In this document: positions 29,878 through 40,333 of the stretch, in pieces
Layout: every line of letters starts with the position of its first letter
How positions within the stretch are numbered: position 1 is the first letter of the stretch
Origin: Gammaproteobacteria bacterium
GTDB taxonomy: Bacteria; Pseudomonadota; Gammaproteobacteria; JAJPIJ01
Reading direction: 5' to 3'
Assembly (NCBI GenBank): GCA_022071965.1
Contig: JAJVIQ010000019.1
Coordinates: 136,793 to 200,792 of the forward strand
Length of the DNA: 64,000 bases
The notes under the pieces: generated by a model
The model's database searches: none
What the model saw: only the letters and a program-made list of their open reading frames with translations
What the model was told of the DNA's origin: nothing
Program-made: the position numbers and the translations under genes

Positions 29878-31556
29878 AAGACTTCGACGTGTGCGTCATC
29901 GGCAGCGGTGCCGGCGGCGGTCCCATCGCCTGGGAGGCCGCGCGCGCCGGCCGATCGGTCGTCGTCCTGGAGAAGGGGCCGTGGTTCGACGAGCGCGATT
30001 TCTACAAGGACGAGGTCACCTGCAATCATCGCCGCGTGTTCCGTTCCGACTACAAGACCGAGCCGCAGGTGATCGAGGAGCCGGGCGCGGACGGGCAGTG
30101 GTCGGCCCTGCCGACCTCGGATCCGAATTCCGGGCATGACTACTGGAACGGCAACTGCGTGGGCGGGTCGTCGAACTTCATGAGCGGGCACTTCTACCGC
30201 CTGAAACCCGATGACTTCCGGCTGTTGAGCACCTTCGGTCCCATCGCCGGCGCCAACATCGCCGACTGGCCGATCGCCTACGAGGATCTCGAGCCCTACT
30301 ACACCAGGGTGGAGACGGAGATCGGCATCTCCGGCCGCGTGGTGCCGCACAAGTTTCTCGAACCGCGATCCACGCCGGATTTTCCCTACACGCCGACCAC
30401 GGAGCACCTGTTCGCGCAGTGGGTGGACAAGGCGGCGGCGGAGATGGGCTACACGCCGCTGACCGTGGCGCGCGCCATCCTCACCCGGCCGAAGGACGAG
30501 CGGCGCCCCTGCGAATACTCCGGCTTCTGCGGCAGCTTCGGCTGCTCGAGCGGCGCCAAGGGCAGCTCGCGCGTGGCGCTGCTCAACCGCGCGGTGGCCA
30601 CCGGCCGCTGCGAGGTCCGCCCACAGGCGCACGTCTACAGGATCGAGTCCGGCGCCGACGGCCGCGCCACCGGTGCGCTGTACTACGACAAGGACGGGCA
30701 GGCGCAGCGCGTGGACGCCAGGGTGTTCGTGGTCGCCTGCCAGGCCATCGAGTCCTCCCGGCTGCTGCTGCTGTCGAGCGGCCCTAAGCACCCCAACGGC
30801 CTCGGCAACAATCGCGGGCAGGTCGGCCGCAACCTCATCTTCTCCGCCGGCGCCACCGGCGCCGGCCACGTGCTGCTGAAGGACTACGACGAGGCGACGG
30901 TGCGGCGGATTGAACTCCTCGGGCCGTTCGTCAATCGCGGTCTGCAGGATTTCTACCATGTCGATGATCCGGCGTTCGGCGGCCGCGCCAAGGGCGGCAC
31001 CATCGCCTTCGTCGGCAATTCGCCGAGCTTCATCCACCGGGCCATGCCCGAGCGGCGCGACGCGGACGGCGGGCTGGTCTGGGGCCGGGAGTTCAAGCGC
31101 CGCCTGGAATCCGTCTTCTGGAACAACCGGGTCCTGCGGTACGAGATCTTCTGCGACTGGCTGCCGAACGACGACTGCCACGTGGCACTCGACCCGGAGG
31201 TGAAGGACAAGTGGGGGCTGCCGGTCTCGCGCGTGCGCATCGGCCACCATCCGCATGACGACAAGGTGTCGCAGTATCTCGTCGACCGCGCCCGCCCGGT
31301 GATGGAGCGGATGGGGTTCCGCAACGTCATCGCCAATCTCAACGGCGCGCCGACGCCGAATCTGCAGGCAGGCGGCTGCCGCTTCGGTGCCGACCCGGCG
31401 ACCTCCGTGCTCGACGCGGACTGCCGCGTGCACGATTGCGAGAACGTCTACGTCAGCGACGGCAGCTTCATGCCCACCGGCGGCAGCGTGCCGTTCACCT
31501 GGACCATCTACGCCAACGCATATCGGGTGGCCGAGAGGCTGATCGCCAGTCTTTGA
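29874..31556 (+). CDS. GMC-family FAD-dependent oxidoreductase (large subunit)
   Basis: MKDFDVCVIGSGAGGGPIAWEAARAG is an FAD Rossmann motif. A C-terminal GMC signature is present. About 560 aa. Confidence 0.85.
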   Translation: MKDFDVCVIGSGAGGGPIAWEAARAGRSVVVLEKGPWFDERDFYKDEVTCNHRRVFRSDYKTEPQVIEEPGADGQWSALPTSDPNSGHDYWNGNCVGGSSNFMSGHFYRLKPDDFRLLSTFGPIAGANIADWPIAYEDLEPYYTRVETEIGISGRVVPHKFLEPRSTPDFPYTPTTEHLFAQWVDKAAAEMGYTPLTVARAILTRPKDERRPCEYSGFCGSFGCSSGAKGSSRVALLNRAVATGRCEVRPQAHVYRIESGADGRATGALYYDKDGQAQRVDARVFVVACQAIESSRLLLLSSGPKHPNGLGNNRGQVGRNLIFSAGATGAGHVLLKDYDEATVRRIELLGPFVNRGLQDFYHVDDPAFGGRAKGGTIAFVGNSPSFIHRAMPERRDADGGLVWGREFKRRLESVFWNNRVLRYEIFCDWLPNDDCHVALDPEVKDKWGLPVSRVRIGHHPHDDKVSQYLVDRARPVMERMGFRNVIANLNGAPTPNLQAGGCRFGADPATSVLDADCRVHDCENVYVSDGSFMPTGGSVPFTWTIYANAYRVAERLIASL

Positions 31557-31592
31557 TTGGCGGCGCGGGGTACGGCTCGCATCCCGTCGCGG

Positions 31593-32537
31593 CTACTGCG
31601 CGCCGAGCGTCTCGCTGACATCCTGCACCACCCAGCGGCCGTCTTCGCGCAACAGTGTCGCCGTGCCCCTGGAGGTGCCGCCTCCGGCATAGTGTCCGGT
31701 GAAGTCGATCGTCGCCGTCTCGCCGTTGACGCGGCCACCGCCGATCGCCACGGATTGCGCCGCCATGTTCTTCATCATCTCCAGCATCGCCGGGAATTCC
31801 GGCTTGCCGCGATCGGCCAGCATCTGCTCCCTCTGCGCCTGGCTGCTGACGCTCAGCATGGCGTCGAAATCGCCCTCGCGCTGCGCCTTCATGGCCTTCA
31901 GGAACACCACGCCCGGCTCGCCGCCGTCCTGCGGGAGCGGATCGCCGGCCGCCTGCGCCGCGACCGGGCTTTCCTGCCCGCCGCCTGCTTGCGCTTCCGG
32001 AGCACCGGCGGGCGCCGCGCCCATCGGCGCCACGTCGGCGGCGAAGGTCAATGCGATCGTGCGCGGCTTGCCGTTCATGTCGGTGTCATCGAGCCGGAAG
32101 CTGCCCTCGACGCGCTCCGGCGTATTGGCAGTCAGCTCGGCACTGGCCCCGCCGTAGTTGAAGTTGTACCCGGGCGGAACGTAGACATAGAGCTCGGTGT
32201 TGCCGTCCTCATGCAGCCTGAGCTTGGCGAACGCGCCCTCGACCTTCTCCCACAGCACCGAGGTGGTGGAGCCGTTGCCCCGGGCCTGCATGCCGGCGGC
32301 GATCGCGGCCGCGTCGAGCGGCTGCTCGCCGAACACCAGTTCGGTGTACTGGACAGGGTCGTCTTCGTCCGCCACGCGATAGGCGTAGAGATGCTCGAAG
32401 CTCGCCTTCGCGTCCTCGGTGACGTAGCTGCCCGATCCGGCGGACGCGGCCAGGGGCGCCGGGGAATAGTGGGCCGCGGCGAGCAGGCAGGTGCTGAGCA
32501 GCAGGTGGCGGACACGGGCGATTGCGGGCGTGATCAT
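31593..32537 (-). CDS. secreted hypothetical protein (signal peptide)
   Basis: The start MITPAIARVRHLLLSTCLLAAAHYSPAPLAASAG looks like a signal peptide. About 314 aa. No family recognised. The longer ORF open to 32936 is Arg/Pro-rich upstream of this Met and is probably not translated. Confidence 0.5.
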   Translation of the reverse strand: MITPAIARVRHLLLSTCLLAAAHYSPAPLAASAGSGSYVTEDAKASFEHLYAYRVADEDDPVQYTELVFGEQPLDAAAIAAGMQARGNGSTTSVLWEKVEGAFAKLRLHEDGNTELYVYVPPGYNFNYGGASAELTANTPERVEGSFRLDDTDMNGKPRTIALTFAADVAPMGAAPAGAPEAQAGGGQESPVAAQAAGDPLPQDGGEPGVVFLKAMKAQREGDFDAMLSVSSQAQREQMLADRGKPEFPAMLEMMKNMAAQSVAIGGGRVNGETATIDFTGHYAGGGTSRGTATLLREDGRWVVQDVSETLGAQ

Positions 32538-32975
32538 CGCAGGCCTTTCGGTCGCAGGGGATGAAGCGCCATCGCAGTCAAGCCGGTCGCGATCAGGTGG
32601 CTGCCGGGGCACGCGCCGGCTACGTTCGGGGCGACGAAGCGCACGACCCCGGCCGGTGCCGCGAGGAACCGCAGGTGGCCCGGCACCAGCGACTGCGGGT
32701 ACGGCAGACGCAGGCGACGATTGCCGAACCCGGCCACCGGCGAGGCGACGAACGCGAGAAACTGAATATTGTATGCCGCCGCGCCGCCCCTCCCGTTTCG
32801 GCTCGCCGCTCCGGTGATGCAGGCCCGCCGTTGCCCGGGATTCCCCGGTTCGGCGATGATGGGGCGCGCTCCCCGGCAGATTGGCAGGAAGCTTGCCTCG
32901 CGAGGTGCGGGATCGACGAACGATCGCGCACCGCAACGCCCCTTACGGGCGCATGACTCGCATGGAGACGACGCA

Positions 32976-33560
32976 ATGACCACCCTGATCCGCAACCTGC
33001 TGTCGGCCGCCGCCGTATCCCTTTTGACCGGCTGTGTCGTGTGGATGGGGCAGCCGCTTTCGGACACGGGCGTCGCAACCATCGACGAGGCCCTGCTCGG
33101 CGCGTGGGAAAACTCCGATGTCGATGGCGACCACGTCGAGCTCGACGTCACTCGCTCCGGGGAACACCTGGTGCTGATCGCGCTGACGACCGTGAAGCCC
33201 GACGGCGGGCGAAACATCGCGCAGTACAAGGCCCAGACGACGGTCGCGGGCGAGCGCCGCTACCTGAGCGTCATGGACATGAGGCCGGGCCGGCGGGAGA
33301 TCGGCTTCATGATCGTGAAATACGAGGCCGCGCCCGGAGCGCTCGCGATCGCGCTCATCGACGAGGACGCGGTGAAGCGGGCCATACGCGCGGGGGAGAT
33401 CGAAGGCATGGTCGACGCCGGCTCCGAGTTCGCCGACGCGACGATCGAGGCCCCGCCCGGAAAGCTGCTGGCCTTCCTCGCGGGCGGCGATGCGGCGCTG
33501 TTCCCGAAGACGATCACCTTCACGCGCCGCGAGGAGCCGCCGGCCGCGACCACACCCTGA
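32976..33560 (+). CDS. hypothetical lipoprotein
   Basis: MTTLIRNLLSAAAVSLLTGCVVW contains a lipobox (LTGC). About 194 aa. Confidence 0.5.
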   Translation: MTTLIRNLLSAAAVSLLTGCVVWMGQPLSDTGVATIDEALLGAWENSDVDGDHVELDVTRSGEHLVLIALTTVKPDGGRNIAQYKAQTTVAGERRYLSVMDMRPGRREIGFMIVKYEAAPGALAIALIDEDAVKRAIRAGEIEGMVDAGSEFADATIEAPPGKLLAFLAGGDAALFPKTITFTRREEPPAATTP

Positions 33561-33585
33561 CCCGTCGCGGCGGTGCGCCCGCCGA

Positions 33586-34341
33586 TCAGCCTCGCTCGAT
33601 GTCGGCGGCGGCGGCCCCCAGGTCCCGCATCAGCGCGGCCACCTCCGAGGCCGCGCCGTCCAGCCGCGTCTCATCGGTGCCGCGCAACACGATGCTGACG
33701 GCCACCCGGCCCTCCCTGGCAAAGGGGTAGCTGCCGATGGCGATATCCGGATGGCGGCGCTGGATCTCCGAGAGTCCCTCGGCCAGCCGGCTCTCGCCCA
33801 GCGGGGCGGTGAGGCTGCGCGCACGGATCGGCGCACCGTCCTGCAGTTGAGCCAGCAGTGTCTCGAACATCGCCTGCATGATGACCGGCACGCCGGCGAG
33901 CACGAACACGTTGCCCACCCGGAATCCCGGCGCGCCGCTGACGCGGTTGTCGATGAGCACGCTGCCCTCCGGCACCGTAGCCATCTTCAATCGGGGCGCG
34001 GACAACGCGTCGACCCCGTAGTATTTCTTCAGTCTTTCCTCGGCGGCAGGCTCGACGAGGAGCCTGCGCCCGAAGGCACGCGCGATCGCCGCGGTGGTCG
34101 TGTCGTCATGGGTGGGACCGATTCCACCGGTGGTGAAGACATAGGTGTAGCGCTCGCTGAGCGCACGCGCCGCGACGGCGATCTCCTCTTCCTCGTCGCT
34201 GACGACACGGGCCTCGGCCAGGCGTACCCCGCGCGCGGACAGCCTCTGCCCGAGGTAGGCGAGGTTGATGTCCTGCGTCCGCCCGCAGAGCAGCTCGTTG
34301 CCGATCAACAGCACCGCGGCCGTGGCCGCCTTCTGGCTCAT
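33586..34341 (-). CDS. molybdopterin-binding (MoCF_biosynth/CinA-N-like) domain protein
   Basis: MSQKAATAAVLLIGNELLCGRTQDINLAYLGQRL...FTTGGIGPTHDDTT matches the MoaB/MogA/CinA N-terminal domain. About 252 aa. Confidence 0.65.
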   Translation of the reverse strand: MSQKAATAAVLLIGNELLCGRTQDINLAYLGQRLSARGVRLAEARVVSDEEEEIAVAARALSERYTYVFTTGGIGPTHDDTTTAAIARAFGRRLLVEPAAEERLKKYYGVDALSAPRLKMATVPEGSVLIDNRVSGAPGFRVGNVFVLAGVPVIMQAMFETLLAQLQDGAPIRARSLTAPLGESRLAEGLSEIQRRHPDIAIGSYPFAREGRVAVSIVLRGTDETRLDGAASEVAALMRDLGAAAADIERG

Positions 34342-34633
34342 CACCGGCATCCCGCATCGTTGGAGAACGCATATGGTAGCGGCAGCGGTGCCCTCCGGCG
34401 AGCCGTCCGCCGGCAACGGACCACGACGTCCCGCGGGGCGACCACCATCATCCGGGTGCAGAGCGCCACGGCCATCCCCGCCCGCGGCGCCGCCTTCCAA
34501 AAACAAAGGGCAGACAGGTCTCCCCGTCTGCCCCACTCCTCATGAACGTCGTGTTTGTTGTTCGGACCGCCGCGTTTCCGCCGCTTGTTGTCGTTGTGGC
34601 GGCGGGCAACGGCCGATGTTTTCGACGTCAGAT

Positions 34634-36673
34634 CTACAGCAACGGAACGATCAGCAACGCAACGATGTTGATGATCTTGATGAGCGGGTTCACCGCCGGG
34701 CCTGCCGTATCCTTGTACGGATCGCCGACCGTGTCACCCGTCACCGCGGCCTTGTGGGCATCCGAACCCTTGCCGCCGTGGTTCCCCTCCTCGATGTATT
34801 TCTTGGCGTTGTCCCAGGCGCCGCCACCGGTGCACATGGAGATGGCGACGAAGATGCCGGTGACGATGGTCCCCATCAGCAGTCCGCCGACCGCCATGCG
34901 GGCGGCATGCTCGCCCATCGCGACGCGGATGATGAGCGCGAGCACGATGGGGGTCAATACCGGCAGCAGCGACGGGACGACCATCTCCTTGATCGCCGCC
35001 CGGGTGAGCAGGTCCACCGCCCGGCCGTACTCCGGCTTGGCCGTACCCTCCATGATGCCCTTGATCTCGCGGAACTGGCGGCGCACCTCGATCACCACCG
35101 ATCCCGCCGCGCGGCCCACCGCCTCCATCGCCATCGCCCCGAAGAGGTAGGGAATGAGGCCGCCGACGAACAGACCGATGATGACCGCCGGTGTGTCGAG
35201 ATTGAAGTCCACGAGCTTGCCCGCGGATTCCAGGCTGTGAGTGAAGTCCGCGAACAGCACCAGGGCCGCGAGGCCGGCGGACCCGATCGCGTAACCCTTG
35301 GTGACCGCCTTGGTGGTGTTGCCGACCGCGTCGAGCGGATCGGTGATGTTACGGATGTCCGGACCGAGCTCGGCCATCTCGGCGATGCCGCCGGCGTTGT
35401 CGGTGATGGGGCCGTAGGCGTCCAGCGCCACGATGATGCCGGCCATCGACAGCATGGAGGTCGCCGCAATCGCGATGCCGAAGAGACCGGCGAGCGTATA
35501 GGAGGCCCAGATCGCGATGCACACGAAGATGACCGGCCAGGCCGTGGACTTCATCGACACGGCGATGCCGGCGATGATGTTGGTCGCGTGCCCGGTGGTC
35601 GATGCCTGCGCGACGTAGCGCACCGGCTTGAAATCGGTGCCGGTGTAGTACTCGGTGATCCAGACCATCGCCGCGGTCAGCGCCAGGCCGATGAGCGCGC
35701 AGCCGTAGTAGGCGTTGACGCCGTGATCGCCGATGCCGGCCATGAACTTCTGCGTGACCGGGTAGAAGGCGATCGCCGCCAGCACGCCGGCGACGATGAG
35801 GCCGCGGTACAGGGCGTTCATGATCTTCCCGCCGTCGCGGGCCTTGACGAAGAAGGAACCGATCACCGAGGCGATGATGGAGACGCCGCCGATCACCAGC
35901 GGATAGAGCACCGCCCCGTCGGCCTTCAGCAGCAGGCCGCCGAGCAGCATGGTGGCGATCACGGTCACCGCGTAGGTCTCGAACAGGTCGGCGGCCATGC
36001 CGGCACAGTCGCCGACGTTGTCACCGACGTTGTCGGCAATCACCGCCGGGTTGCGCGGGTCGTCCTCCGGGATGCCGGCCTCGACTTTGCCGACGAGATC
36101 GGCGCCCACGTCCGCGCCCTTGGTGAAGATGCCGCCGCCCAGTCGCGCGAAGATGGAGATGAGCGAGGAGCCGAAGGCGAGGCCCACCAGCGGGTGCAGG
36201 TCGACCTCCTGCCCGGCCGGCGTCGCGCTCACCAGGTAGGCGTAGTAGCCGGCGACGCCGAGCAGTCCCAGGCCCACCACCAGCAGGCCGGTGATCGAGC
36301 CGCCGCGGAAGGCAACCTGCAGCGCGGCGTTCAGCCCCTGCCGGGCCGCCTCGGCGGTGCGCAGGTTCGACCGCACGGAGATGTTCATGCCGATGTAACC
36401 GGCCGCGCCCGAGAGCAGCGCGCCGATGAGGAAACCGATCGCCGTCGGCCAGTGCAGCACGAAACCGATGAGGAGGAACAGCACCACGCCGGCGATCGCG
36501 ATGGTGGTGTACTGGCGGTTCAGATAGGCCGAGGCGCCCTGCTGCACGGCCGCGGCGATCTCGCGCATGCGTTCGTTGCCCTGCGCCTGGGCGAGGATCC
36601 ACTTCACCGACCACGCCCCGTAAAGGATCGCCAGCACGCCGCAGGCCAGCGCAAACACGAGTGCTCCAGACAT
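34634..36673 (-). CDS. hppA: membrane-bound proton-translocating pyrophosphatase
   Basis: Signatures [12 protein letters not shown] and [12 protein letters not shown] are present, with many TM segments. AAGGGGGA is the RBS before ATG 36673. Confidence 0.9.
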   Translation of the reverse strand: MSGALVFALACGVLAILYGAWSVKWILAQAQGNERMREIAAAVQQGASAYLNRQYTTIAIAGVVLFLLIGFVLHWPTAIGFLIGALLSGAAGYIGMNISVRSNLRTAEAARQGLNAALQVAFRGGSITGLLVVGLGLLGVAGYYAYLVSATPAGQEVDLHPLVGLAFGSSLISIFARLGGGIFTKGADVGADLVGKVEAGIPEDDPRNPAVIADNVGDNVGDCAGMAADLFETYAVTVIATMLLGGLLLKADGAVLYPLVIGGVSIIASVIGSFFVKARDGGKIMNALYRGLIVAGVLAAIAFYPVTQKFMAGIGDHGVNAYYGCALIGLALTAAMVWITEYYTGTDFKPVRYVAQASTTGHATNIIAGIAVSMKSTAWPVIFVCIAIWASYTLAGLFGIAIAATSMLSMAGIIVALDAYGPITDNAGGIAEMAELGPDIRNITDPLDAVGNTTKAVTKGYAIGSAGLAALVLFADFTHSLESAGKLVDFNLDTPAVIIGLFVGGLIPYLFGAMAMEAVGRAAGSVVIEVRRQFREIKGIMEGTAKPEYGRAVDLLTRAAIKEMVVPSLLPVLTPIVLALIIRVAMGEHAARMAVGGLLMGTIVTGIFVAISMCTGGGAWDNAKKYIEEGNHGGKGSDAHKAAVTGDTVGDPYKDTAGPAVNPLIKIINIVALLIVPLL

Positions 36674-36903
36674 TGAGAAAAATCCCCCTTGTAGTGAGTG
36701 TTGTTCGTAGCGATGCGATCGCGGGCCGCGAAGAGCGTGCACCGGCGCCGGGCCATGGCCGGCCCGGCCGCCAACGGCCAGGGCCGCTGCACGAGGACTG
36801 CTCTTGACCTACCGACGAGACGGTCCGACCACGGACCCGCCGGCACGGGGCCGCCGCAGCGACGGCCCCGGCCCGGCCGACAGCGGCGGGATTCTACCCT
36901 GCA

Positions 36904-38181
36904 TCACTTCAGAGCAAAACCGGTCCTGAGCCTTTTCTTCACAGGCGCGTTCTTCAGACGCACGTACAGCGGCAAGCCGTTCCGGTACGGCGGGTAGTCC
37001 TCGCCCTGGATGAGCGGCGCCAGGTAGCCGCGGCACTTCCGGGTGATGCCCAGGCCGTCCTCGGTGATGAAGTCCCGCGGCATCATCTTCTCCCTGTTGG
37101 CCACGTCCTCGAGCTCGGCCACGCCGACAGCCCACCTGTAGGGGCTGGAGGACTTGCGCACGATGGTCGGCATCACCGAGTTGCGGCCCTTCACGGCCAG
37201 CTCGACGGCGGCCTTGCCGACCGCATAGGCCTGGTTGACGTCGGTCTTCGAGGCGATGTGGCGGGCGGCGCGCTGCAGGTAATCGGCCACCGCCCAGTGG
37301 TATTTCACCTTGAGCTTCTCGCGCACCAGGCTGGCGATGACCGGCGCCACGCCGCCCAGCTGCGCGTGCCCGAAGGCATCGCGCAGGCCCTGATCGGAGA
37401 GGAACTTGCCATCCGGTCCGCGCACCCCCTCGGAGACGACCACCGAGCAGTAACCGTAGCGGGCGACGTTGGCCTCGACCCTGGCCAGGAAACGCTCCTG
37501 ATCGAAGGCGACCTCCGGGAAGAGGATGACGATCGGCAGCTCGAGATCCTTGTCGGAGGCGAGCCCCCCGGCCGCGGCAATCCATCCGGCATGGCGGCCC
37601 ATGACCTCCAGCACGAACACCTTGGTGGAGGTCCTGCACATGCTGGCCACGTCCAGGGAGGCCTCGCGCGTGGAGACGGCCACGTACTTGGCCACCGATC
37701 CGAAGCCCGGGCAGCAGTCGGTGATCGGCAGGTCATTGTCCACCGTCTTGGGCACGTGCACGCAGGTGATGGGGTAGCCCATGGTCTCGGAGAGCTGCGA
37801 GACCTTCAGGCAGGTGTCCGCCGAGTCCCCACCGCCGTTATAGAAGAAATAGCCGATGTCGTGGGCCCTGAAGACCTCGATCAGGCGCTCGTACTCGGCG
37901 CGATTCTGATCCAGCCCCTTGAGCTTGTAGCGGCAGGAGCCGAAGGCCCCGGAGGGCGTGTGGCGCAGTGCCTTCAGCGCCGCGCGGGACTCCTTGCCGG
38001 TGTCGATCAGATCCTCGGTGAGCGCGCCGATGATGCCGTCGCGTCCGGCATAGAGCTTGCCGATCCGGTTCCTGTGCCTGCGCGCAGTCTCGATGATGCC
38101 GGCGGCGCTGGCGTTGATGACGGCGGTGACGCCTCCGGACTGGGCGTAAAGGGCGTTTCGAATTCCGCTGAGCTTTGCCAT
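36904..38181 (-). CDS. pfp: pyrophosphate-dependent 6-phosphofructokinase
   Basis: MAKLSGIRNALYAQSGGVTAVINASAAGIIETARR...GGDGS-like PFK family motifs are present. It has the long PPi-PFK form of about 425 aa. AAGGAG is the RBS. Confidence 0.85.
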   Translation of the reverse strand: MAKLSGIRNALYAQSGGVTAVINASAAGIIETARRHRNRIGKLYAGRDGIIGALTEDLIDTGKESRAALKALRHTPSGAFGSCRYKLKGLDQNRAEYERLIEVFRAHDIGYFFYNGGGDSADTCLKVSQLSETMGYPITCVHVPKTVDNDLPITDCCPGFGSVAKYVAVSTREASLDVASMCRTSTKVFVLEVMGRHAGWIAAAGGLASDKDLELPIVILFPEVAFDQERFLARVEANVARYGYCSVVVSEGVRGPDGKFLSDQGLRDAFGHAQLGGVAPVIASLVREKLKVKYHWAVADYLQRAARHIASKTDVNQAYAVGKAAVELAVKGRNSVMPTIVRKSSSPYRWAVGVAELEDVANREKMMPRDFITEDGLGITRKCRGYLAPLIQGEDYPPYRNGLPLYVRLKNAPVKKRLRTGFALK

Positions 38182-38355
38182 GGTGATCTATAATGCTCCT
38201 TATTGGTGATGGTCGTCGTGAACGGCAACGGCCAGGGTGCGGGGATGTTAGCCCGGCGAGCCGGCCGGCGAGAAGCGAGCAGGCACCATCGGCACGACCC
38301 CATCACGCCCGATTGGAACTCCCCCGTCCCCGGCCGGTCCACCCACATACGTTCC

Positions 38356-39825
38356 ATGTCCCGTAGATCCCCCGTGCGTCGCCTGTTCAGCATCCTGCCG
38401 ATCTGTCTGGCGTCGATCGCCGGGGCCGCCCATTGCGCGGACGACCTTCCGGATTTCGGGGACTCCGCGGGCGCATTCATCTCGCCGGACCAGGAGTACA
38501 GGATCGGACGCGCCTTCGTGCGCGACCTGCGCAGCAAGGGCGTGATCCTCGAGGACCCGGAGTTGGAGGTCTACCTGCAGGGGCTGGGCTCGCGGCTGGC
38601 GAGCCATGCCGACACGCAGGGGAATCCGTTCGATTTTTTCATCGTGCAAAGCCCGGTGCTCAACGCCTTCGCGGTGCCGGGCGGCTTCATCGGCGTGCAC
38701 ACCGGCCTCATCCGCGAGACACAATCCGAGAGTGAGCTGGCCGGCGTCCTGGCGCACGAAATCTCGCACGTCACCCAGCGCCACGCCGCACGCATGTTCG
38801 AGGCCGCGAGCCGGCTCAGCATCCCCTCGGCCGTCGGCATGCTCGGCGCCATACTCCTCGGTGTCGTCTCGCCGCAGGCCGGCCAGGCCGCCATGGCCGC
38901 CGTGGCCGCGGGCCAGCAGCAATACGCGTTGAACTTCACGCGCGCCAACGAGCAGGAGGCCGACCGTATCGGCATCCAGGTCATGGCGCGCTCCGGCTTC
39001 AACCCCCAGGGCATGCCGGACTTCTTCGAGCGCATGCAGACGGCGAACCGCTACAACGACCCGGCGAGCGTACCGGAGTTCCTGCGCACGCACCCGGTGA
39101 CCACCAACCGTATCGCCGAATCGCGTGAGCGCGCCGACGCGATGAAACCGAGCCGCTACGAGGAGAACCCCGATTTCCGCCTCATGCGCGCCAAGGTGAT
39201 CGTGGCCGACACCAGGGAGCCGCGTGACGCGGTCAATTACTACGCCGAATCGTTGCGGGCGGGTCAGTTCAAGGACGAACTGGTCGCCCGTTACGGTTAC
39301 GCGCTGGCGCTGACGGCCGCGGGCGACTACGGCAAGGCCCGCCTGCAGATCGACCGGCTGCTCGAAGCCGAGCCCGAGAACGTGCACTTCCGGCTGGCCT
39401 CGGCGCGGCTGCAGGTCGCACAGCGCGCCTACGAGCCCGCGCTCGCCGTCTATGACGGGATACTGCACGACTACCCGGACTACCGGCCGGCCGTGCTGGG
39501 CAAGGTGGAGACGTTGCTCGCCGCGCGTGAGGGCAGGACCGCGCGCACCGTCCTGCGCGACTACATGACGTTGTACGGTTCCGAGCCGCGCACCTACCGG
39601 CTGCTGGCGGAGGCCGAGGGCATGACGGGATCGAAGATCGAATCGCATATCGCCCAGGCCGAGTATTACTACGGCAGCGGCGAGCTCGGGCTGGCCATCG
39701 AGCAGTTGAAGGTCGCCAAGGACGCCCCCGGCATCACCTATTATCAGAGCGAGCGGGTGCAGGCTCGGCTGGATCAGTTGCAGAAGGAATTCGACGCGGA
39801 GAAAAAGGACAAGGACAAGTTCTGA
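38356..39825 (+). CDS. bepA: M48-family zinc metalloprotease with TPR repeats (BepA/YfgC-like)
   Basis: A signal peptide is present. HEISH is the zinc motif, with NEQEADRIG downstream. The C-terminal half contains TPR repeats. Confidence 0.8.
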   Translation: MSRRSPVRRLFSILPICLASIAGAAHCADDLPDFGDSAGAFISPDQEYRIGRAFVRDLRSKGVILEDPELEVYLQGLGSRLASHADTQGNPFDFFIVQSPVLNAFAVPGGFIGVHTGLIRETQSESELAGVLAHEISHVTQRHAARMFEAASRLSIPSAVGMLGAILLGVVSPQAGQAAMAAVAAGQQQYALNFTRANEQEADRIGIQVMARSGFNPQGMPDFFERMQTANRYNDPASVPEFLRTHPVTTNRIAESRERADAMKPSRYEENPDFRLMRAKVIVADTREPRDAVNYYAESLRAGQFKDELVARYGYALALTAAGDYGKARLQIDRLLEAEPENVHFRLASARLQVAQRAYEPALAVYDGILHDYPDYRPAVLGKVETLLAAREGRTARTVLRDYMTLYGSEPRTYRLLAEAEGMTGSKIESHIAQAEYYYGSGELGLAIEQLKVAKDAPGITYYQSERVQARLDQLQKEFDAEKKDKDKF

Positions 39826-39844
39826 TCCGCGGACTCCGATCGCC

Positions 39845-40327
39845 ATGACCATGCGCCCTCCCGTCAATCGTTCGCGGCGCCGCCTGCTCGCCGCATGGGC
39901 GAGCGGCATGGCCGCGCTGCCCGTCGCGGGCTGGCTGTTCCCGCGGGCGGCGCGCGCGGCGTGGCCGAAGGCCGCGTTCGCGGCCACGACGGCCGAGGGC
40001 GCGCTGAGGGAGCTCTTCGGCGGAGCCGCGATCGAGCCGAGCGACCGCGTCCGCATCACCCTGCCCGACGTCGCCGAGGACGGTGCCGTGGTCCCGCTCA
40101 CCATCGAGACCGATCTCGAGCCGGTGCGGTCGATCGTCGTGGTCTCGGAGAAGAACCCGGTGCCGCTCATCGCGCGCTTCGATTTCGGCGAGGACGCGCT
40201 CGCCGACACGCTGGCCACGCGCATCAAGCTCGCGGAGTCCGAGAACATCATCGTCGTCGTGCAGACCCCCGAACGCCTCTGCACCGCGCGGCGCTACGTG
40301 GAAGTGCTGATCGGCGGCTGCAGCTGA
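39845..40327 (+). CDS. soxY: thiosulfate-oxidation carrier protein SoxY-like (Tat signal), atypical C-terminus
   Basis: A Tat motif SRRRLLAAWASG is present. The SoxY-like beta-sandwich region includes ITLPDVAEDGAVVPL. The protein ends ...VEVLIGGCS rather than the canonical GGCGG. Confidence 0.7.
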   Translation: MTMRPPVNRSRRRLLAAWASGMAALPVAGWLFPRAARAAWPKAAFAATTAEGALRELFGGAAIEPSDRVRITLPDVAEDGAVVPLTIETDLEPVRSIVVVSEKNPVPLIARFDFGEDALADTLATRIKLAESENIIVVVQTPERLCTARRYVEVLIGGCS

Positions 40328-40333
40328 GAGCTC

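Noticed and set aside
36021-36614. 197-aa minus-strand ORF inside hppA
   Set aside because: It is a different frame of the same strand region as hppA, and hppA has strong, specific motifs.
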